This document shows positions 54,778 to 64,000 of a stretch of 64,000 nucleotides of DNA, one piece after another. Made by a program: the position numbers and the translations under genes. This DNA is from Eledone cirrhosa (Eukaryota). The stretch is taken from NCBI GenBank assembly GCA_964016885.1, contig OZ024755.1:33356001-33420000 (forward strand). Direction: 5' to 3'. The stretch's first letter is position 1, and each line of letters opens with the position of its first letter. Below the pieces are notes generated by a model that was given only the letters and a program-made list of their open reading frames with translations, was not told where the DNA came from and made no database searches.

Positions 54778-54820
54778 AATTTGAAGACTAAAATCCAAAG
54801 AGGATTTTAGTCTTCAAATT
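54778..54820. other. Perfect 19-bp inverted repeat hairpin
   Basis: aatttgaagactaaaatcc-aaaga-ggattttagtcttcaaatt. Confidence 0.9.
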
Positions 54821-54947
54821 GTATATATTTATATATATATATATATGGTGGCTGCCAACTCGTTTTCAAGTACGGCCACTACTTTATATCCAAGTAGGAG
54901 AACCCCTACCGATTGTATATATATACAAATTGTATATATATATATAT

Positions 54948-55542
54948 ATGGTGGCTGCCAACTCGTTTTCGAGTATGGCCACTACTTTATATCCATGTAG
55001 GAGAACCCCTACCGATGCGCTGAACGAGTGTGACCTTTTAGTCCAGCCAGCGACTTGAAACCTCTGGTACAAACACTACACTTGTGACAATTATTGACAC
55101 ATGGTGCTGGGCCCATGGTACCATGTGATGACAAGTGCAGAGAGATCTCCAGATATAAAGCAATGCCTGTACCGTGAAGCTTTTATAGTGAGCAAAGGCA
55201 CTGCACAAAGCCAGTCCCACTCTCTTAACCAAGATGATATTTACCAAAAAGAAGAACAAGTCTACATCATTGGATACCATCAGGGTTGCAGGTGTTATAT
55301 CAGAGTTTTCCTTCTCCTTGAATTCTGCCTTGACAAAGACTAAGGGGTTTTTGGATGGCCATTGACCCTTAAGAGCTCCTTTGCCCTTTGATAGGTTTTG
55401 CTTTTAGTCCAGCAGGATGTCCAAAGTCACCCTCCTCACCAAGAAAACTTGGTGGGGTTGCCAGTTTAGTCGCCAATGACCCGACCATGGGACAGGTTGT
55501 ACTGAGATACATGTTACCAGTAGCACCAACTGGTGACCTGAC
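54948..55542 (-). mobile_element. Bipartite (internally deleted) non-autonomous RTE-derived element, about 600 bp
   Basis: The 5' part has the RTE 5'-UTR-like motif GGAGAAGGAAAACTCTGA (55300-55317). The 3' part encodes a C2H2 finger and stop, followed by a short UTR. A shorter duplicate of the 3' end lies at 54845-54913. Confidence 0.7.
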
Positions 55543-56225
55543 ATATATATCTATATATATAGAATTAGTATATCTACCAACATATTTATGCAGATGTATA
55601 CTTAGCTAGCAAAGATATAGGTTTTGTCTTAGTAACTTAGTACGCTTGCTTTTTTCCATCAACTGAATTATTTTTAAGTTCCCTGTATAAGTTCCCGGGA
55701 GCTTCCAACAGTAATGGTTGCATTCTTTAAGGGTATGTCAATATTTATTTATAAAACTGATCTATATTATATTTTATCTGATGAAAGCACACCATAATTT
55801 AACTTCGTGTCCTTGAAATATGTATAATGAAATAAATATGGTTTTATAAATATAGTTTCCATTTGTTAATATCGTATTTTTACTCCAATTATTTGTTGAG
55901 TGCTTTATATCAGTTATAAAAATATTTGTTTGTTGTATCCCAACAATTTAAATAGAACTTTTACATATATATATATATATATAAATACACACAAAAATAC
56001 ACCCATATAGACTCATACACACATACAGGGCTATGAATATTCACATATATAGAAATACACATACTCACACATACACACACACATATATATACATATATAC
56101 ACACAAAAATAAACCCATATAGACTCATACACATACATATATCAATATGAATTTATACATATATAGGAATACACACACACATACACACATATATACATAA
56201 TTCAAGGAGACACACACACATCCTC

Positions 56226-56905
56226 CATCATCATCATCATCATCATTGTTTAACATCCATCTTCCACGCTAGCATGGATTTAGACAGGAATTATCCCACT
56301 TGAGGCAAGATTGGTCGTCTTGCTCGTATAGGACTGTCTGGCAGGTTTTCTATGGCTGGATGCCCTTCCTAACACCAACCACGTTTACAGTGTGGACTGG
56401 GAGGTTTTTACCGTGTTACCTTACACGGCCACATTACAGCGGGGACTGTGTGTTTTTTTTGTCGTGACACCTACACGACCTCATTTATTTCAGACTGGAT
56501 GTTGTGGTACCAACATAACTTTACAGAGAAAGGGGTTGTGTAGATGGGGTGTGGGGTGGAGTTGAGGTAGTGGGATGGGGATGTATATTTGATTAAGAGG
56601 TGTCTTGTACATAGGAAAGGCGGGTCTTCTGTATTACTACGTAGCGCCAAAGATCTTGGTCCAGTGATATTGTCTTAGAGAGGTGCTAGTGTGTAAGGTT
56701 GGAATTTATCAAATCATCCCAAGTTTTCTGGGTCTACCTACTCCGTAACTTCCATCAATTTTGATCGCCCTGCACTTTTTTATACAGCTGTCATCTTTCA
56801 TGCGCATCACGTGACCATACATACGTAGTCTTCTCTTGAGTAAACAGCATCTGATCCCTCTTATTCCTAATTTCTCACTTAGTTCATTTATGCTTTGCTG
56901 TTCAC
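56226..56905 (-). mobile_element. 5'-truncated copy of the 19.5-kb RTE family
   Basis: INELSEKLGIRGIRCCLLKRRLRMYGHV...KIDGSYGVGRPR is nearly identical to the 19885-21051 ORF end. Same 3' UTR and (GAT)n tail. Confidence 0.92.
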
Positions 56906-57432
56906 ATATATATACACACAAAAACACACACACACACACAAACAAACACACACACACACACACACAATCACACAAACATTCAGAAATATTTTGATGTTCT
57001 TATTTAAGATAGGATATTTGTTTTTAATTTCAATATTTTTCTCCCTTTCATAATAAAGCTGGAAAGATGCTTCTTCACTTGTCAAAAATACATACTTAAG
57101 TCTTTCGAATGCTACGAATTAAACAATTTTGAAATGTCCTTTCTCTACAAAGAAAGAACTGGAGCAGGTTTGTTCCCAGTTGCTGGACAATGATTCTGCT
57201 GAAATAAACTCTTATATATCTGTAATGTTGTGCTCCTCAATGATGAGATATTTTTTCTACCTGCTTCACTTACTTCATATCAATATAATTTTATCACTTA
57301 GCTATCTCATTATCAAGTAGCTAATAAAAAGTCCTTAGATTTGCATATATCATACATTGAAATGGTGAATATTTGAAACAGAGAAATTCAATTTATTAGA
57401 TAGGTGTATATTAGCAGCACATTCAATATAGC

Positions 57433-57940
57433 ATCATCATCATCATTTTATAGCCATTCTTTCATGCTTGCATGGGTTGGACAGATCCCTCTCAGTATAG
57501 CATATCTCTACTTGCCACAAACCATTGTCATCTCCTCTGTGAGCTGATCTCAATTTGAGATCAGCTCTTACCACTTCCATCCACATCTACTTCAGCTTCC
57601 TTCCTCTGGGATTATTTGGCACTTCTTCATCCACTGATCATCATCTATGCACATCACATGTCAGTACCAATGCAGTCTCATCCTCTGCACATCACTTCTG
57701 ATTCCTCTTATATCCAGTTTCTCCCTCAGTTCATCCATGCTTTGTCATTCTCGCACATTAAGATTGCATATCGATTAAAGCATGCTTGCCTCATTTCACT
57801 CCAGCCCCCCACATGTCCTCTGCATTCACTGTCCTTGTCTCACTACCATGCAGCATGGCATTTAACACACAGGTGTCATATAGCTGGCCTTTCATTTGTA
57901 GGGAGAAACATTTTGTTGTTAGACAGGGTAGCAGTTTTCT
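57433..57940 (-). mobile_element. Older, diverged RTE 3' fragment
   Basis: (CAT)n...catgcttgcatgggttggac tail. Minus strand retains RLHWY.HV and EASML.-like remnants. Confidence 0.6.
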
Positions 57941-58071
57941 GTTAGTTAACTGAACTCAGTAAAGCATTATAGCACCCTATCCAGGTTTAAAACAGTGTAT
58001 TTCTCCTAGATTTCATAGACAAAATCTATGAACTACTATTTCCAAATATTTAATCCTAATCAGTTATTAGT

Positions 58072-58355
58072 GGAGGCACATGGCGTAGTGGTAAGGGTGT
58101 TGGACTTACGATCATAATATCTTGGGTTTGATTCCTGGGCTAGGTTGCATGTTGTGTTCTTGAGCAAAACACTTCATGTCATGTTCCTCCAATATACTCA
58201 GCTGAAAATGAGTACTAGCAATAGTTGGGGGTTTAACCCTGCGATAAACTGGCATCCTGTCCAGGGGGAAGTCTTGTATTCCCAGTGACTTCATGCCATG
58301 AAACTGAGATAAGCACGAGCCTAACAAGCCTTAAATGGCTTAAGACAGACTTTAG
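58072..58355 (+). mobile_element. tRNA-derived SINE with CORE-like body, diverged
   Basis: ggaggcacatggcgtagtggtaaggg...gtttgattcc...tgtgttcttgagcaaaacactt. Confidence 0.7.
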
Positions 58356-58442
58356 AATCAGTCATTAGATTGTTCCTATGGTATTGGAGAGTAGGAGAAA
58401 AAAGGTTTTATAAAGTAACTCAAGACTATTATTTGTTTAATA

Positions 58443-59000
58443 CATCATCATCATCATCAACGTTTAACGTCCGTGTTCCACGCTTGCATGGGTTTGGCGG
58501 GGGTTTTCCCACTTGAGGCAAGAGTGATTATCTTGCTCGCATAGGACTATCTGGTGGGTTTTCTACAGCTGGATGCCCTTCCTAACACCAACCACATTTA
58601 CAGTGTGGGTCTGGGAGGTTTTTACCGTGTTGCCTACACGGCCACATTACAGCGTGGACTGTCTGGCGTGTTTTCTACGGCTGGATGCCCTTCCTAACAC
58701 CAACCACATTTACGGTGTGGGACTGGGAGGTTTTTACCGTGTTGCCTACACGGCCACATTACAGCGTGGACTGTGTGTTTTTTTTACGTGACACCTACAC
58801 GATCTCATTTGTTTCGGCCTGGATGTTGTGGCACCAACATAACTTTACATTGAAAGCGGCGGTGTGGATGGGGTGGGGGTGGTGGGACGGGGGTGTATTT
58901 TGTTAGAGATGCCTACTGACTGTAGTAGGTTTTACTTTGTATTTAGGTAAGGCGGGTCTTCTCTATTACTGAGTACCGCCAAAGGTCTCGGTCCAGTCTG
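58443..59000 (-). mobile_element. RTE 3' fragment with an internal ~112-bp duplication
   Basis: Homologous to the reverse complement of 45785-46182. ggatgcccttcctaacaccaaccacat occurs twice. Confidence 0.85.
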
Positions 59001-59619
59001 TGTAATAAAACATATGAAAGATTCAAAATGAAATGATATATCAATTTCTGTTCCTGTTCTATGCCTGACTGTATTAAGAGCTTAAAGTATTTCTCAGCAG
59101 TCACTCTCTTCTTGTCAGTAATGCCACATTGGTTGAGAATAACATGAATTTTACATATCGGCCTATGGGATTAAGTAATTGCATTACATGAATTAGGGAA
59201 ACATTTGTATTACAACTTACACCTTAATGGTAATCTTGACATATGTGCTGTTGAAATATTAACTGGTAATTCTAGAAAACTCACCACCTTCACAAATCTA
59301 ATTTTGAATTACACTCAAACAATCTCAACCAAATCAGTGTGGTTTTTCCTCCTTCTCTCTTTCCACTCCTTGGCATTTCAATATAATGATGAATGTTTCA
59401 GTGAAGTTCTATGCTGAAATCATTCATTTATTTTTTTTTGTGATGATGTGATTGCATACATACAAGGACCTATAACTCATGAGGGAGTCATAGGGATGTC
59501 ATATTGTCTTACAGAATTTCTAGGGCATATTAAAACCTGGCAAAGTCCATCTCCTCTCCAGGTCTCAATACTGCAGATTTTTTCCAGAGAATTGTATAGA
59601 ATGAGAGAATTGAAGAGAT

Positions 59620-59800
59620 AAAGAGATATAGAGGAAGAATTGACCCCAGTACTAGACTGGTATTTTTTTTTATCAACCTTGAATGCATGAAAGGCAAAAC
59701 TTATGTTGCCGGGATTTGAACTCGAAGAGTAGAGAGCAAAAACAGATACCGCAAAGCATTCTATTCAACATTCTAATGATTCTGCCAATTTCGTGCCTTG
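59620..59800 (-). mobile_element. SINE related to family B (same subfamily as 6700-6940)
   Basis: agagatatagaggaagaattgaccccagtactagactggta...gggatttgaactc. Confidence 0.65.
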
Positions 59801-59886
59801 TGAGTCATTAACTGACTGAGCTTGGCAGTCAAAACGATAGCTCAATAATGTCAACCTGTGCACTGGACTTGATCTTTGCTCTTTAA

Positions 59887-60086
59887 CTCTTTAGCAATTT
59901 ACATTACTCTATTATACTATTATATTTTCACGGTAAAGGCTTTATCTCACATAATATCGAATCTATGAGATTTTGATATTATTTATTTTGAGAACAATAC
60001 CTAAACATCAGTATAGTTACAGCTGGTTTGAACAGAAAGAGGTGAGAGAATTCTTGCCGGATACGGCCAGTTTAAATGCTAAAGGG
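59887..60086. mobile_element. piggyBac-like MITE (family 1), complete
   Basis: TTAA on both sides (59883-59886, 60087-60090). A paralogous empty site lies at 9418-9421. Confidence 0.88.
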
Positions 60087-60900
60087 TTAAACTCTGCTGT
60101 TGGTGATCAAATTTTGTGGAAAAAAATATCTTATGTTGATGCTCAGTCTGTAACTGGTGGAGTTTAGTGTCCAAGCAGTAGTAGTAGTGGAGTCATTAAC
60201 ATTAAATATAAGCTGTAGAAAAAGATGCATCTTCTATTCATGGACAATTATCAAATATTTTTCTAAGAACAACAGCGAAAACAACTGCTACAATGCTAGG
60301 CCAGTTAGGAACTGTATCCTTAGCTGTAACATTGGACAAATCAAACAGATTCTGAAAGCTTATCCATTGGCTCAGTATTGAAGAAAACATACATAACACT
60401 CACATGTAATATCTAACTTCCTATACTGGCATGCATTAAACTTTCCCTTGTAACTGATACAATTACATATGGACTTGGGATATTTCCAAACTCTCTAAGA
60501 TCTGATCTAATTTACCTCAAATTTTTTTTGCTTAACTTATTCTAATTAAACTCTGCAGCAGCATTTGCAGAAATATTCTTATAAATGGGGAGATGTATCA
60601 ATTTTAGCCTCCTTCATAAACACCAAAGCTTAAATAATACAATAATACACATTTTATAGAAATAAATATATAGCACTGCATCCTCCTTATTTATGAAGGA
60701 TACAAGCCTTCCAGAACCCACTTCCACCCCCTCACATTTTCTAGGTGTAACCTTTTCTGTTGATCTTTCGTGGAAATACATCACAGGACCAGTAGTTAGA
60801 TCAGATTTCCTCGAAATGGCTAAAAATACAGTAACCTCAAATATATATAGCCATGTTATAAAACCTAGTTAGGATGTTTAACTTGCTGAAAACTGCAGCT

Positions 60901-61250
60901 AAATGACATTCTTGAAATTTGACCTTACTATCTTAAAAACAGCAGAAGACATTGGAACATGTAGTACTAGATACATTGTGATTCAGAGAAAAATAAGACA
61001 ACCACAGTTGGAATAATTTGCTTCACACAGAACTAAACAAAAACAGCAACAAACCTGATATATCCCACATTATATCAACCAAATGACATTCTTGAAATTT
61101 CACCTCAGTATCTTAAAAACAGTAGAAGACACTGGAAAATGTAGTCCTAGATACATTATGGCTCAGAGAAAAATAAGATGACCACAGCTGGAATAACTTG
61201 GTTCACACAGAACTAAACAACAACGGCAACAAACTTGATATATCCCACAC
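60901..61250. repeat. 180-bp tandem duplication
   Basis: aaatgacattcttgaaattt starts at both 60901 and 61081, and the copies are collinear. Confidence 0.9.
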
Positions 61251-62328
61251 ACACAGAGATACACATACAAATTAACCTATACACAAACTTACACACCAAC
61301 ACACAAATACACAGAACTCTTAAAACCTAAGACACTCTCAATACATATTTTCTCATATGAACATTTGTTATTTTTATTTCCCTCTCTCACTGATTCAACC
61401 AATAATTTTCTTTCATACCATCTCTCTCTCTCTCTAATTCCTTCAACAGTTTTCTTTTTTCAATATTTATGTCCTTCATTTATTTCTTAACCTTTCTTTC
61501 CCCTTCTTTCTCTTTACTCATCTACTTTCCATTTTTTCTCTTTCCAATCTTCTAATTTGCACTTCATTTCGATCCATCTCTCCCTCCTTCCAAGTCTGTC
61601 TCCTTCATATCTTCTCTGTTATTATACTTCTTTCTGCTCCAGCAAAAATGCAATGAATGATATTTACCAAGTATTTTGTGTAAAATATACTTTACAAAAT
61701 ATTTACTCGAATATGTTTACCAAAAGCAAATAGAAAAATGAAATATGAGGAAGAATTTTGAAAAGTTTCTTAAATTGATTTGACAAACCCTGATAGCTAT
61801 AGCTATGTCTTATGAAAAGATTTGGTGAATATACAATAGTTACCACATATTAAGTTTAAACATTATAAAATCATTTATCAAAAATTGGACACCTTAAACA
61901 TAACTTTATCATCCTCCGTCATTGATACAGCCAAGAAATATACAGTTACTTCCATCGAAAGACAAACTCATTATTTTGGATCTTATGCAATATGATATAA
62001 TCAGAAAAAAAGAATACTGTCCTTCCTCGTGGAACATTACACATTTATTTTTTTTTTTTGCTACTATGATTATTTGAATGTATTCAATCCAAATATTGTT
62101 TTCCTGAAGCACAGCTTAACATTTCTTTATTGACCATCAGAATAAGTCTTCTGTTTTCTCTGTTACTGTTTATAAGATTTAATTTTCTTAAAGATTCCTT
62201 CCGTTTCATGTTAGTTTCAAAATAATTAGTCTACACCATCAATTCCTGATACATGTCTTCTGTTGTTCTTACTACTGTTAACAGTTGACACTATGTAAAT
62301 CGGTGAAGATGATTCCAAACAATCATTT

Positions 62329-62842
62329 AATGAGTTCATTGAAGTAAGATCTCTGTCAACCACTGCTAGCTTGGGGTCAAGATAAGAACATCCATGTGGT
62401 AGCCCTGGGAGTGTCAATAAGACCGACAAATGAGTTCATTGAAGGAAGAACTCTGTCAAACACTGCTAGCTTGGGGTCAAGATAAGAGCGTCCATGTGGT
62501 AGCCCTGGGAGTGTCAATAAGACCAACAAATGAGTTCATTGAAGGAAGAACTCTGTCAATCACTGCTAGCTTGGGGTCAAGATAAGAGCGTCCATGTGGT
62601 GGCCCTGGGAGTGTCAATAAGACTGACAAATGAGTTCATTGAAGGAAGAACTCTGTCAATCACTGCTAGCTTGGGGTCAAGATAAGAGCGTCCATGTGGT
62701 AGCCCTGGGAGTGTCAATAAGACCAACAAATGAGTTCATTGAAGGAAGAACTCTGTCAATCACTGCTAGCTTGGGGTCAAGATAAGAGCGTCCATGTGGT
62801 AGCCCTGGGAGTGCCGATAATACCGACAAATGAGTTCATTGA
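62329..62842. repeat. 100-bp tandem repeat, 5 copies
   Basis: aatgagttcattga recurs every 100 bp. Confidence 0.95.
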
Positions 62843-63055
62843 GTATCAACAAAATCAACTAGATTGACAAGATATTGTTAACTCTATCACCACCACAGAA
62901 GACATGACAAGAAGAAGAAGAACTGCTAGCTTTAGAATGGTGATCTACAAGTCTTAGTTCTGATTTTTACATCATCAGATCCATAATAAGGATGTAATAC
63001 CTATAACTATAAAATCAATATAATATATTTTTTACGGTTCAATAATTATAATAAT

Positions 63056-63695
63056 AATGCTTTCGGATTAAGTCAAAAGGCCAGTAATTTTGGGGGAGGG
63101 GAAAGTCAATTAAATTGACCCCAGTGCAGTACTGGTACTTTATTTCATTGGCCCCGTAAGGATGAAAGGCAAAGTTAACCTCGGCGGGATTTGAACTCAG
63201 ATCATAAAGGGACATAACTATGTTAGAAAACATGGCGTCTGACCCTCTACCGATACTGCCAATAATAATTGTTTCTACTTTTGGCACAAGGCCAGCAATT
63301 ACTCCAGTGTATTACTGGTACTCTATTTTATCGACCCCGTAAGGATGAGAGGCAAAGTTAACCTCAGCGGGTTTTGAACTCAGACCGTAAAGGGACGTAA
63401 CTCTATGCTGCAAAGCATGGCGTCAGACTCTCTACTAATACTACCAATTCACCGCCCTAAAAATAACGATAATAATAATGGCTTCTGATTAAGGCAAAAG
63501 GCCAGCAATTTTGGGGGAGGGGAAAGTCGATTAAATCGACCCCAGTGCATTACTGGTGCTTTATTTTGTCAGCTCCGTAAGGATGAAAGGCAAAGTTAAC
63601 CTCAGCAGGATTTGAACTCAGATCATAAAAGGCCGCAACTCTATGCCGTAAAGCACATTGTCCAATGCTCCACTGATATTACCAATCCACCACCC
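63056..63695 (-). mobile_element. Three head-to-tail SINE family B copies separated by AAT repeats
   Basis: Copies at about 63056-63263, 63267-63457 and 63478-63695, each containing ggatga(a/g)aggcaaagttaacctc. Confidence 0.85.
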
Positions 63696-63713
63696 TAATG
63701 ATGAGAAGAAGAA

Positions 63714-64000
63714 TCATCATCATCATCATTTTACGTCCGCTTTTCCCTGCTTGCAAGGGTGGGACGGGAACTGATTCTGGCTTGATTTCTACAGCTGGAT
63801 GCCCTTCCTAACACCAACCTCATTTACAGTGAGTGCTAGGTGCTTTTTTGCCGTGGCACCTCCACGACCACTTTGCAGTGGAATGATAGGGACCCCAGTC
63901 CTATCATCTCATTTCTACAGCTGAGTAAACTGGAGCAATGTGAAATAAAGTGTCTTGCTCAAGGAAACAACACATCACCCGGTCTGAGAATTGAACTCAC
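63714..64000 (-). mobile_element. SINE family A, head cut by the window end
   Basis: Reverse complement of 47330-47620. Confidence 0.85.

Noticed and set aside
54948-55100. Host C2H2 zinc-finger gene exon
   Set aside because: It is a single finger inside a multi-copy element ending in a microsatellite tail, which fits a retroelement terminus.
57129-57320. Protein-like ORF (KKELEQVCSQLLDNDSAEINSY)
   Set aside because: Short, with no recognisable domain and no convincing splice sites.

Overview
This is eukaryotic, AT-rich, gene-poor DNA made almost entirely of mobile elements, microsatellites and minisatellites. It is probably intronic or intergenic. The SINE/RTE repertoire and dense (TA)n, (CAT)n and (AAT)n tracts suggest an octopus genome (inference). 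I found no supportable host exon, true tRNA/rRNA gene or CRISPR array. Main content: (1) a near full-length decayed RTE-clade LINE (19.5-23.3 kb, minus) with a PHD-like finger inside the RT region, plus many 3' fragments; (2) two tRNA-derived SINE families, one carrying the RTE 3' tail; (3) bipartite non-autonomous RTE derivatives ending in a C2H2 finger; (4) relics of CRE-like, R4/Dong-like, CR1, other RTE and Gypsy elements; (5) TTAA-flanked piggyBac-like MITEs; (6) hammerhead-ribozyme-like motifs and long fold-back hairpins; (7) about ten tandem arrays, including an 8.5-kb 41/42-bp array. The most interesting pattern is that most minisatellite units trace to short segments of transposons also present unamplified in this window. 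All calls come from reading and translating by eye; no database search was run.
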